64,000 nt of DNA, from positions 32,001-96,000 of the forward strand of contig JBDTZG010000002.1 of the NCBI GenBank assembly GCA_040005235.1, in the 5' to 3' direction. A model generated the notes under the pieces. It saw nothing but the letters and a program-made list of their open reading frames with translations. It searched no databases and was not told the DNA's origin. The stretch's first letter is position 1. Every line of letters begins with the position of its first letter. Source of the stretch: Acidobacteriota bacterium (lineage in GTDB: Bacteria; Acidobacteriota; Thermoanaerobaculia; Multivoradales; UBA5704). Below are positions 1 to 9,039 of this stretch, one piece after another. A program made the position numbers and the translations under genes.

Positions 1-2012
1 CTGGAAAACTTGCCGAGCGCCTCGGCCGCCGCGGCGCGGGCCTCGTTCTCCCGCTCGCGCCTCTCTCCCGCAATGGCGGCGACCAGCGGCGGAAGGGCCT
101 CCTTCGTCGCCACATCGCCCAAGGCGGTGGCCGCCGCGGCGCGGAACGCCCGATGGCGGCCGGTGCTAAGCGTCTCGGAGAGCGCCCCGATCGCTTCGGT
201 TCCACCGATTTTGGCCAAAGCGCGCACCGCTTCGAGCTTCGGAGCGAGCGAGGGGCTCCCCTTCAACTGGGCGATCCATTCGGGCGCCGGTTTGGTGAAA
301 TCGACCGCGGCGAGCAGCCAGCCGTTCGGGTCGACCACCACCGTGTCCGGCTTCTCGGAGCGGGGGAGCACGAAATCCTGGGCTTTCTTGGCCTCGACGT
401 TCAAGCGCTGGATCTCGACCCCGGCTGGGCCGACCCAGGCGATTTCGAGTGGAAAGGCGAACAGGCCGGTCTCCGCGGTGATCTCCTGGTTCTGTTCCAC
501 GTGCAGCCGCGCGGTGTGGTCCTCGGCCGACCATTCCCAGCGGACCGCCAGCTCCGGATGCCCCGCGCCGTAGACCCAACCGTTGAACAGCGGGGCGAGG
601 ACAAGGCCGGAGGTCTCTTCCAGCGTGCGCTCGAAATCTGCCGTGGTGACGTTCTGGACGGCGAACCGCTCGACGTAGCGGCGAATGCCGGCGTAGAACG
701 CCTCATCGCCCATCTCGCCGCGCAGCATGTGGAGGACGAGGGCCCCCTTGCTGTAGGTGGTCGCATCGAACATCGCGCCGGGATCGACGAATTTGCCCGT
801 CACGATCGGCCGCCGGTAGTCGCCCTCATCCTCGTCGAAGTACTCGGTGCGCGCCTCGTCAATCTCGGCATCCAACTCGTCGAGGCCCCGGTCGTGCCCA
901 GAATAGAGCATACCGAAGTAGGAGGCGAAACCCTCGTTGAGCCAGATTTCCGACCAGTCGCGGCAGGTGAGCAGGTCGCCGAACCATTGGTGCGCCGCCT
1001 CGTGGGCGACCAGGCCGACGCTCGAAAAATCCTCGTCGTCCGCCGCATCGTGGAGCGTGCCGATCGTCTGGGTGGTCGCCGAGATGTTCTCCATCCCCCC
1101 GCCGAAATCGACCGCGGCGGTCTGCGCATACTTCGCGTAGGGGTAGGGCCGGCCGGTCACCGTCGAGAAGAAACCGATGATGTCGGGCGTCTTGCCGAAC
1201 GACACCTGCGCCTGTGCCTCGCGCCCCGGCGGCACGTAGTACTCGACCGGTATGTCGTGCCAGGCATCGGCGATCCGCACGAGCTCGCCCGCGACGATGC
1301 TGGTCAGATAGGTCGAGTGGGGAATGTCCATCTGCCAATGGAAGGTGCGCCGGCCGTCCGGGCGCGTGACGGTTTCGACCAAACGCCCGTTGCCCACCAC
1401 GGTCCAGCTCGCAGGAACGGTCGCCAGCATCTCGCTCGTCGCCCGGTCGCCCGGCTCGTCCCAGCTCGGAAACCAATAGCGGTTGTCGATCTCCTCCCCT
1501 TGAGACCAGATCTGCTTCGGCTTCTTCGGGTACCCGGCGTCCGGGCCGACGAAGCGAAGCCCCTCCGTGGGGTGCGCCGAATAGTCGATCGCGATCTCCA
1601 ACCGATCGCCCGGCCCGTACGCCTTGTCGAGCTTCAGGCGGATCGTCCCGGCCGCCGCGTCGGTGGACACCGCGAGATCCTCCGCCACCCCCGAGAGTCG
1701 CGCCCGCGAAACGTTCAGGCCCACGCCATGAAACGCCACCTCGGAAAGGCCCGAGCGCAAAGGCGCCAAAACCTCGGTCGCAGTACCCGAAACTTGCCTT
1801 TTTTCCCAGTCGAACGCCAGGTCGAGCTTCACGTGGATCAAATCGAACTGGCGAGCCGGCGCATAGCGGATCGGAGTGTCGGCGGGCGCAAACGGCTTGC
1901 GACCCGGAGCCGCGCCAACCGACCCCGCGCCGAGCCAACCCCCCGCAAAAGCGAGACCCAGAACGACCAGCGAACGGCGAAGTTCGAGCGAACAACGAGG
2001 GCAAGAAGGCAT
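1..2012 (-). CDS. M1 family zinc aminopeptidase (PepN-like), probably secreted; 3' end runs off the window
   Basis: Not in the ORF track because no stop lies in the window. Read by hand from ATG 2012: MPSCPRCSLELRRSLVVLGLAFAGGWLGAG..., with GGMEN and HEAAHQWFGD...WLNEGFA (HEXXH-x18-E) motifs at ~920-1100. Confidence 0.93.
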   Translation of the reverse strand, partial: MPSCPRCSLELRRSLVVLGLAFAGGWLGAGSVGAAPGRKPFAPADTPIRYAPARQFDLIHVKLDLAFDWEKRQVSGTATEVLAPLRSGLSEVAFHGVGLNVSRARLSGVAEDLAVSTDAAAGTIRLKLDKAYGPGDRLEIAIDYSAHPTEGLRFVGPDAGYPKKPKQIWSQGEEIDNRYWFPSWDEPGDRATSEMLATVPASWTVVGNGRLVETVTRPDGRRTFHWQMDIPHSTYLTSIVAGELVRIADAWHDIPVEYYVPPGREAQAQVSFGKTPDIIGFFSTVTGRPYPYAKYAQTAAVDFGGGMENISATTQTIGTLHDAADDEDFSSVGLVAHEAAHQWFGDLLTCRDWSEIWLNEGFASYFGMLYSGHDRGLDELDAEIDEARTEYFDEDEGDYRRPIVTGKFVDPGAMFDATTYSKGALVLHMLRGEMGDEAFYAGIRRYVERFAVQNVTTADFERTLEETSGLVLAPLFNGWVYGAGHPELAVRWEWSAEDHTARLHVEQNQEITAETGLFAFPLEIAWVGPAGVEIQRLNVEAKKAQDFVLPRSEKPDTVVVDPNGWLLAAVDFTKPAPEWIAQLKGSPSLAPKLEAVRALAKIGGTEAIGALSETLSTGRHRAFRAAAATALGDVATKEALPPLVAAIAGERRERENEARAAAAEALGKFS

Positions 2013-2187
2013 GGCGTTTCTCCCGGGCGCAGAGCGGAGCGCGTATCTTAGCCCGGACTGCGGGCTTCGACTTGGGGTCCAAGGCCAAAACAACGGGCTC
2101 CCTGGGACCGCCGGCGTCTCGCCGGCGTTTTTCGCAGGCAGGGCCATCCGTTTGGCGCCGCGAGCCTCCGGAAGATAGCCTTCCCTC

Positions 2188-2697
2188 ATGGAACGCCCCC
2201 GCTACCGGATCGCCCTGGAGAAAGAAGACTTCAAATTCTCCGCCGCCCACTTCACCCTCTTCCCCGACCGAGATGCCGAGCTGCTCCACGGCCACAACTA
2301 CCGCGTCCGCGTCGAGCTCGCCGGCTCCCACCTCGACGACCTCGGCCTCCTGGTCGATCTCGACGCCGCCAAACGAAAAATCCGCGCCCTCTGCGCTGCC
2401 CTCGACAGCCGCATGCTTCTCCCCGAATCCGGAAGTCAACTCCAGGTCGAAACCCAAGAAGGAGGAGTCGAAGTCCGCTGGCGCGACCGCCGCTACGTCT
2501 TCCCGGTTGAGGACGTGCTGATCCTCCCGATGGTCAACATCTCCATCGAGCTGCTCGCCGAGTATTTGTGGCGGGCGCTGGCGGAGGAGTTTCGGAGCGG
2601 GGGAGTGGGAGCGGCGATCGGGGCGGTGGAGGAGCTGGAGGTGGGGGTTGAGGAGACCGCCGGGCAGAAGTGCGTGCGGTGGGGGCGGGTGGGGTGA
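2188..2697 (+). CDS. 6-pyruvoyl-tetrahydropterin synthase / QueD family protein (PTPS-III-type motif)
   Basis: FSAAHF and ELLHGHNYRV zinc-binding motifs; C-terminal ETAGQ. Confidence 0.85.
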   Translation: MERPRYRIALEKEDFKFSAAHFTLFPDRDAELLHGHNYRVRVELAGSHLDDLGLLVDLDAAKRKIRALCAALDSRMLLPESGSQLQVETQEGGVEVRWRDRRYVFPVEDVLILPMVNISIELLAEYLWRALAEEFRSGGVGAAIGAVEELEVGVEETAGQKCVRWGRVG

Positions 2698-2764
2698 GTG
2701 AATGGGCGGCGAGGCGGCATAGAGCCTAAGAAGACGAAATCGGACCTTTGCATGCTGGAAAACG

Positions 2765-5700
2765 ATGAGTGAAACCGCACAAGCGCTGGAGCGGATGACT
2801 GACGAGGGCAAGTTTGAAGAGCTTGCGGGGGCCGTGTTGCGCTCCTGCAGCTACCCTGGCCTCAACGATACTGGAAGGAATTCGCAAGGGAAGACCATCA
2901 AGTCCCCCGTGGACGGCGTCTATCGAGTCCCGGGAAGCTACCCGTCTCACTACGTGATCGCTCATCACACTACGGTCAAACTGAAAGGCCTGCGCGGGAA
3001 ATGGCTGAACAAGGAAGCCGGGGATGTGGGCAAGGCGGCTCGATGGGCCGAGGACCGGCGGCGTCAGGAGCCCGGCACACGAGTCACCCTGGTCTTGACC
3101 TGCAACCGTAGGGTCTCGGAAGGCCTGATTGCGGAGGTGGGCCGAACCTGCTCGCAGGGAGGCCTCGAAGAGGATATCTGGAGTGTCCTTCGCCTTCAGG
3201 AGTTCCTCGATCGCGATCCGAGCGGCCAGCGAATCCGGGAAGACTGCCTCGGCGTTCATCAGGAGCGGCTAGATGAACATCTCCTGCGGGAACTGGGTGA
3301 GCGGAGTTGTGGGGCCTATGCTGAAAGGGAGCTGTTTGGGGCGTGCTTGGACGAGAGAGTTGCGCGAGCGCTCGACGCTGAGCTCTCGGATTTTGTGACG
3401 AGAGGGAGGAGTGGCTCGGTCACGTTTCTTGTCGGCAGTTCGGGCCACGGCAAGACCACTGCCGCACACAACCTGCTGCGTGGGCATTTGGCAGGCGGAG
3501 GACTTGGCCTTTGGTTTGAGCCGGACACCCTCCAACGATCGTCGTCAATCGAGGCGGCGATTGAGGACACGCTTCGGGGTCTCCGTCCGAAGATCGAGTC
3601 TGGCTGCGGATCGATTGCTATCGGTCTTGCGCGGAAGCACGGAGATTTGCTCCTCGTAGTCGACGACGTTAACAGGACCACGTCGCCTGCCGAGCTCATT
3701 CAGAAGGTGGCATCTTGGAATTGGCAGGGGGCTCCAGTCGGGAGAAGTGCGACGGCTTCCCAGGAGAACGCAGGGTACCAAGTCCTCTGCCCGGTCTGGC
3801 CCCAGGTGCTAGGGCAGATCACTGATCAAGCCGAGAGGACCATCCAGAGTCTCTGTTTCTATACCGGTCCGTTCTCCGCTGAGGAAGGACCCACTGCGCT
3901 CTTGCGTCGAGCGAAGAGGGCCGGTATGGAGCTGACAGCGCTGCAGGCAAGTGATCTTTCAACACGGCTCGGCCATGAGCCTCTACTTATTTCTTTTTGG
4001 AGTGAGGGTTCAACTGGGGAGAGCCCCGTTCCGGTTCCGTCCCAGGTGATCGACCGGTTCATTCAGAAGCGGCTGGCCGACCTCTCGAGATCTGATCCGG
4101 GGACGGGCCTGCCTGAGGAGTATGAAGAAACGCTGCTTCATCTCTCGGATCAATTGCTCGAGGAACACGTGTTCAATCCATCCTGGCCCCGTGTGAAGGC
4201 CTACTTTGAGAATCACCTCGGCAAGCTTACGCAGCTTCGGCGCCTGATAGACCACAAGGAAGTGATCCGCTTGGAACCTTCGGCACGCGAACGGCGGCTG
4301 GCTTTTCGCCACGACCGGGTTCGAGACCACCTTCTTGCGAAAGCCATCCATCGAAGAATGGCTGTAGGTGGGATACCTCCTGCCTTCCTCAGCGATCCCT
4401 ACTATGCCGAGGTCATCGGTCAAGCCCTGCTTCTCGGGGACCTTGATCCAAGTTGGGCCACTCGCATCGAGCAAGCCAATCCCCTGGCCCTGTTCTATGC
4501 CCTCCGAGTCTTCCAGCAGGCGAGCAGTCCAATGGAGAAAGCGGTTCTGGAAGCGATTCTTCGGTGGATCCAAGATGAGGTTGTGTCTGATCGCTGTGTA
4601 AAGCCGCTCCGGTGGAGCGTGGATCAAGTCCTTTCCGAAACGGATTCCCCTCATGTCGTCGAGCTGACAGAGCGATTCTCGTCGCAGTGGTTTGGTCTGT
4701 GGGAAGCGCGCATGAGAAATGGCGATGTAGAAGCCGCCTGTAAGTACTCCGAATGGCTGGGATTCCGCTTCCTGAGCTCCCGAATGACTCTGCTGGCTCG
4801 GCACGCAAAGGAAGTATTCGGTGATCAGTTCACAAGAGATTTGGCGGCTCTCCTGGAGAGACCCAATCTCTCCGCCGAGGTTCGTAGAGGAGCACTCTAC
4901 CTTGCTGGTTTGTTGGGAGACCCCGAGCTTGCCCCCGCAATCGTTCGTTGTTTGGAGGAGGGCTGGTACTCGGCAGATTTGGTCAGGGCGTTCCTCTGGG
5001 CCGGTTTGCGCTGTTGCAGCGATCCCGCGCCGGTCCTTGATCCGGTTCTAGATTTCTGGGGAACACTTTCAGATGAGGGGTTAGAGAACAATCTACCGTC
5101 CGATCGATCTGCTGTGATCGCTTATGGGGGGTTGACCGATGCCTTAGCCCGATTCGGAGCGAATGACCTCGCGATTCCGTACCTATTGGCTCGAGCCACT
5201 GAGCAGGGCGGGCCCCTTGAGTGGCCATTGTTCGTGATCCTTCGGCGGCTGGACCATCCTGATGCGCTCGAGTTCTGTCTCCGAGACAAGCGGGGTTGGG
5301 ATCTCTCGCAATATTGGAACTCCGGATCCATGACGCGGGCCGCCGCTATCGTAAGGTCCAGAGACAGGCTACGTCACATCTGGGAAGATGAGATCGAAGA
5401 CACGGAGGCTAGGTCACGCGCATTTGCTTTGTGGAGCCTGGGAAGCAGCGAGGGAGAGATCGCGGTGCTTCGTGCCATTGGCCGCGACTCGCCGCTGCAC
5501 AGCCAAGCCCTTCGTATGCGAATAGAGCTGGGAGATCGGAGTTGCGCTCCGGAGATCCTCTGGAGGCTCAAGACCGAGGAGCACTCGTGGACTTGGTGGT
5601 TCCATTGCGAGCGAATTTGGTCGAGGCCGCTCCGAGAGGCCCTGGAGGGGCACTTCGAGCGTCGGGCCAATCAGATGGAAAGGGCAAGTGCGTGGCAGTC

Positions 5701-6439
5701 CTTCAATGAGGACTGGCAGATATCTGAACTCCTTGGCAGGATCTCACCTTTGGAAGCGGAAGAGATACTGACCCGACATTGGTCCCATCTGCGCTATTCG
5801 CCTGAGTTTGTTCAGACAGCCCTGTCCTTGGGGTCCTCCCGGGCGATCACCCTAGCTTTGGAGGCGGTACGCGAATGCCCCGAACCGAAGAAGATCTTTG
5901 AATTCATAAACCAAGGAGAGTTTGCTCGTAGGCTGGAGGAGGATGGGACGTCCCCTGAGCTTTCTTCGCGGCGTCTTGAGTGCCTTGGCCCGTATATTCA
6001 GTTGTTCGATGAGCAAGCGATCGACTGGCTTTGGCATGTCTGCAATCGCAAGAGGTTATTCTCATGGCGTCGTAAACACGTTGACGACTTGCTTTCCGAA
6101 AATTTCCGCCAGCGCGCCGGCCTATCAGAAAGAGATCTAGTTGCCGAGCTAGACAACTTCGTCATAAAGGCAAAATCAAGGGGCTTCCTGCGCCTCTGGA
6201 TAGACGGCTTCCGGCAGAGAGGCGATCCGGACACGAAAGCCATGAGGATCGTATCTTCGTGGCTCCGAGAAAGGGGAACGTTCGAAGCGCTGCAAGTTGC
6301 AGCGGAGTGCGTGGCACTGGGCGGGTCTCGCGACGACTTGGCTCTGCTGGAGGGTGCAGGCTTTTCCGCCCAGGAGCCTCGAGTTGCCACTTTGCTAGCG
6401 GCGACCCGTTTCCGGGTTTTCCGGCGCTCGCTTTCCTGA
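2765..6439 (+). CDS. Large STAND/NACHT-like ATPase with N-terminal restriction-endonuclease-like domain and C-terminal helical repeats (Avs/NLR-like defence candidate)
   Basis: 1224 aa; Walker A GSSGHGKT, Walker B LLLVVDD, FRHDRVRDHLLA winged-helix motif; N-terminal FEELAGAVL...VDG; visibly lower GC than flanks. Confidence 0.7.
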   Translation: MSETAQALERMTDEGKFEELAGAVLRSCSYPGLNDTGRNSQGKTIKSPVDGVYRVPGSYPSHYVIAHHTTVKLKGLRGKWLNKEAGDVGKAARWAEDRRRQEPGTRVTLVLTCNRRVSEGLIAEVGRTCSQGGLEEDIWSVLRLQEFLDRDPSGQRIREDCLGVHQERLDEHLLRELGERSCGAYAERELFGACLDERVARALDAELSDFVTRGRSGSVTFLVGSSGHGKTTAAHNLLRGHLAGGGLGLWFEPDTLQRSSSIEAAIEDTLRGLRPKIESGCGSIAIGLARKHGDLLLVVDDVNRTTSPAELIQKVASWNWQGAPVGRSATASQENAGYQVLCPVWPQVLGQITDQAERTIQSLCFYTGPFSAEEGPTALLRRAKRAGMELTALQASDLSTRLGHEPLLISFWSEGSTGESPVPVPSQVIDRFIQKRLADLSRSDPGTGLPEEYEETLLHLSDQLLEEHVFNPSWPRVKAYFENHLGKLTQLRRLIDHKEVIRLEPSARERRLAFRHDRVRDHLLAKAIHRRMAVGGIPPAFLSDPYYAEVIGQALLLGDLDPSWATRIEQANPLALFYALRVFQQASSPMEKAVLEAILRWIQDEVVSDRCVKPLRWSVDQVLSETDSPHVVELTERFSSQWFGLWEARMRNGDVEAACKYSEWLGFRFLSSRMTLLARHAKEVFGDQFTRDLAALLERPNLSAEVRRGALYLAGLLGDPELAPAIVRCLEEGWYSADLVRAFLWAGLRCCSDPAPVLDPVLDFWGTLSDEGLENNLPSDRSAVIAYGGLTDALARFGANDLAIPYLLARATEQGGPLEWPLFVILRRLDHPDALEFCLRDKRGWDLSQYWNSGSMTRAAAIVRSRDRLRHIWEDEIEDTEARSRAFALWSLGSSEGEIAVLRAIGRDSPLHSQALRMRIELGDRSCAPEILWRLKTEEHSWTWWFHCERIWSRPLREALEGHFERRANQMERASAWQSFNEDWQISELLGRISPLEAEEILTRHWSHLRYSPEFVQTALSLGSSRAITLALEAVRECPEPKKIFEFINQGEFARRLEEDGTSPELSSRRLECLGPYIQLFDEQAIDWLWHVCNRKRLFSWRRKHVDDLLSENFRQRAGLSERDLVAELDNFVIKAKSRGFLRLWIDGFRQRGDPDTKAMRIVSSWLRERGTFEALQVAAECVALGGSRDDLALLEGAGFSAQEPRVATLLAATRFRVFRRSLS

Positions 6440-6566
6440 CTAAAGGCCCTAGCCTGGTCATCCGCTTTTTAGGCAAATGGGCCAGTTGTCCTTTCGAGGC
6501 TCGGTTAGGATTCTGCGCAGGCGTGGGTGTGGATGATCGGTAAGGAGCGCTATAAGGTAGAACGCT

Positions 6567-6863
6567 ATGTCCAACACATCTCCTAAGCGCGTAGCCATCA
6601 AACTGCCCACTCCGGAAGAGGATGCCGCCATCGTGGCTGCCGCCAAGGCGGATCCGGATGCGCAGCCTCTGACGGACGAACAGCTCGAGGCCATGGTGCC
6701 GCTGCGGGCGGTACGCGGCCGGCCGAAATCGGCGAGCAAGAAGCAGTTGCTCTCGGTGCGCTACAGCCCGGAGGTCATTGAGTTCTTCAAGGCGACGAGC
6801 GACGGCTGGCAGGCCCGAATGGACGGGGTGTTGCGGGAGTACGTGGCGCGGCACTCCCGGTGA
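6567..6863 (+). CDS. BrnA-family antitoxin (DUF4415), orphan
   Basis: RGRPK...LSVRYSPEVIEFFKATSDGWQARMDGVLREYV signature. Confidence 0.88.
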   Translation: MSNTSPKRVAIKLPTPEEDAAIVAAAKADPDAQPLTDEQLEAMVPLRAVRGRPKSASKKQLLSVRYSPEVIEFFKATSDGWQARMDGVLREYVARHSR

Positions 6864-6865
6864 GA

Positions 6866-6898
6866 CGCGTACGAGGTATTGAGAAACCAGTCAGTCAC
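6866..6898 (-). pseudogene. N-terminal stub of a PIN/VapC toxin
   Basis: GTG overlapping the upstream antitoxin's 3' end reads MTDWFLNTSYA, like the VapC 'FLDTS' start; it then runs into the convergent brnA end. Confidence 0.5.
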
Positions 6899-7121
6899 GT
6901 GGTTCGGCTACATCCCCGTACAAGTAGTCCTCAAGGTTGGCAGACCAATCTGGCGGACCGTCTAGATCGAGCGCCCTTGCGGTACGGAGAAAGGAGGATG
7001 CGACCGGGGCAGGCCCCGCCGCCGACGACTCGAGTGTCAGGCGCACCCGGGTATTCGGGGCGAGGTCGAGCGGTGTTTCCGGGCGCAATACCGTGCCGTC
7101 GAAAAAGGCGGTAATTGTCAT
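6891..7121 (-). CDS. AF2212/DUF104-like antitoxin
   Basis: AFFDGTVLRPETPLDLAPNTRVRLT ... PPDWSANLEDYLYG pattern typical of VapC-linked antitoxins. Confidence 0.7.
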   Translation of the reverse strand: MTITAFFDGTVLRPETPLDLAPNTRVRLTLESSAAGPAPVASSFLRTARALDLDGPPDWSANLEDYLYGDVAEPRD

Positions 7122-7279
7122 TCGTTTTCGCTCCAGCGTACCCTGGCGGTCTGGCGCTTCCGGGCTTCCACGGACAACCAGGTCGCTAGAATAGAATAGC
7201 AGCGGACGCCACCCCGCCTTGGCGCCATTAACCGAGGCGCTCGGGGGTTCAACCGCCCGGCCAGGGAGCGCAAACGGCT

Positions 7280-7531
7280 CCCGAATTCGAATTCGGGACT
7301 CCCGAAATGGAATTCGGGAGTTAGAAAATGGAATTCGGGACCCCCGAATTCGATATCGGGGACGCGGAAATGGAATTCGGGACCCCCGAAATGGAAATCG
7401 GGAACCCCGAAATGGAATTCGGCAGTCCCGAAATGGATTTTGCGAGTCCCGAAATGGATCTCGGGAGTGCCGAATTCGAATTCGGCGGCCAGAAAATCGA
7501 ATTCGGGAGCCCGGAAATGGAATTCGGGAGC
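7280..7531. repeat. Tandem array of 12 degenerate 21-bp units (consensus CCCGAAATGGAATTCGGGAsy)
   Basis: Counted directly; each unit is internally palindromic (CCCGAA...TTCGGG) and many contain GAATTC. Confidence 0.95.
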
Positions 7532-7672
7532 CGATCGCGGGCTCGTCCGGGCCGCGTCGACGGTGCTCCTTTGCGGTAAGCTCCCCCCACTTCCAAGGCG
7601 CAGGTCGCGCCTGATTCCCCTTACGATCCGCTCATCCTTACGCCGAACCGGCTGATTTCCGGAGCGCACGCC

Positions 7673-9028
7673 ATGACCGAAACCGCGGTCGCCACCCCTT
7701 CCTCCTCGATCGTCCTCGTCACCGAAATTCCCGGGCCCCGCTCGCGCTCGCTTTGGGCGCGGCGCGAAAAAGCGACGCCGCGCGGCCTTGCGCATACGGC
7801 GCCAATCTTCATCGACCGGGCGGAAGGGGCACTCCTTCACGACGTGGACGGCAACGTCCTGATCGATTTCGCCGGCGGGATCGGCACCCTCAACTTCGGT
7901 CATACGAACCCGGCGGTGGTGGATGCTGTGCGCGAGCAGGTGGGACGGCTCACCCACGCCTGTTTCACGGTGGTCGGCTACGAGCCCTATCTGTTGCTCG
8001 CGGAGCGCCTGAACGCGCTGGTGCCCGGGGCGTTTGAAAAGAAGACGATGCTCGCGAACTCGGGCGCCGAGGCGGTGGAAAACGCGGTGAAGATCGCCCG
8101 CCATGCGACCGGCCGGCAAGGGGTCTTGGTGTTCGAGCACGGCTTCCACGGCCGCACTCTGCTGGGGCTTTCGATGACCAGCAAGGTGAAGCCCTACAAG
8201 CTCGGCTTTGGCCCTTACGCCCCCGAGATCTACCGCATGCCGTTTCCCTACGAATACCGGCGTGAGGCGCCGTGCACGGCCGCCGCCTACGAGCGGGAGA
8301 TCCGGGAATTCTTCGCCTCGTACGTGGCGCCCGAGCAGGTCGCCTGCGTGGTGATGGAGCTGGTGACGGGCGAAGGGGGCTTCATCCCGGCGCCGCCCGC
8401 TTTCGTCGAGGCGCTCTACCGGGTGTGCCGCGGCAACGGCATCCTGTTCGTCGACGACGAGATCCAGACCGGATTCGGCCGAACGGGCAAGATGTTCGCC
8501 TGCGAGCACTACTCCGAGCTGTTCGATTTCGCCCCCGATCTGGTGATCACGGCGAAGTCGCTGGGCGGCGGCCTGCCGATCTCCGCCGTCACCGGCCGCG
8601 CCGAGATCATGGACAGCCCCCAGACGGGTGGCCTCGGCGGCACCTATCTCGGCAACCCGGTGGCCTGCGCCGCGGCGCTCGCGGTCCTCGATCAGGTCGA
8701 AAGCGAAGGGATGGTCGAGCGCGCCCGAGCTTTAGGCGCCAAAGTCGAAACCCGCTTCGCCGAGCTCGCCTCGCGCTACTCACGAATCGGCGACGCCCGG
8801 GGCCTGGGCGCCATGCGCGCGCTCGAATTCGTCACGGATCGGGTGACCAAGGAACCCGACAAAGAGTTCACCCAACGAGTGATCCAAAACGCCTACAAGA
8901 GCGGGTTGCTGCTGCTCTCTGCCGGCACCGCGGGCAACATCATCCGGACGCTGATGCCGTTCGTGATCACTGACGATCAGCTCGACGAAGGGTTGGCACT
9001 GCTCGAACGGGTAATCGCCAGCGCGTAA
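7673..9028 (+). CDS. gabT: 4-aminobutyrate aminotransferase (class III PLP)
   Basis: DFAGGIG, NSGAEAVENAVKIAR, FHGRT, DEIQTGFGRTG, AKSLGGG, GGTYLGNP. Confidence 0.93.
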   Translation: MTETAVATPSSSIVLVTEIPGPRSRSLWARREKATPRGLAHTAPIFIDRAEGALLHDVDGNVLIDFAGGIGTLNFGHTNPAVVDAVREQVGRLTHACFTVVGYEPYLLLAERLNALVPGAFEKKTMLANSGAEAVENAVKIARHATGRQGVLVFEHGFHGRTLLGLSMTSKVKPYKLGFGPYAPEIYRMPFPYEYRREAPCTAAAYEREIREFFASYVAPEQVACVVMELVTGEGGFIPAPPAFVEALYRVCRGNGILFVDDEIQTGFGRTGKMFACEHYSELFDFAPDLVITAKSLGGGLPISAVTGRAEIMDSPQTGGLGGTYLGNPVACAAALAVLDQVESEGMVERARALGAKVETRFAELASRYSRIGDARGLGAMRALEFVTDRVTKEPDKEFTQRVIQNAYKSGLLLLSAGTAGNIIRTLMPFVITDDQLDEGLALLERVIASA

Positions 9029-9039
9029 GGAGGAACATC

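Noticed and set aside
10-2811. Long ORFs 153-2051 (+) and 859-2811 (-)
   Set aside because: Shadow or alternative frames of the minus-strand M1 aminopeptidase; typical high-GC artefacts
7280-7531. Possible CRISPR array
   Set aside because: Contiguous 21-bp units without unique spacers; no cas genes in the window
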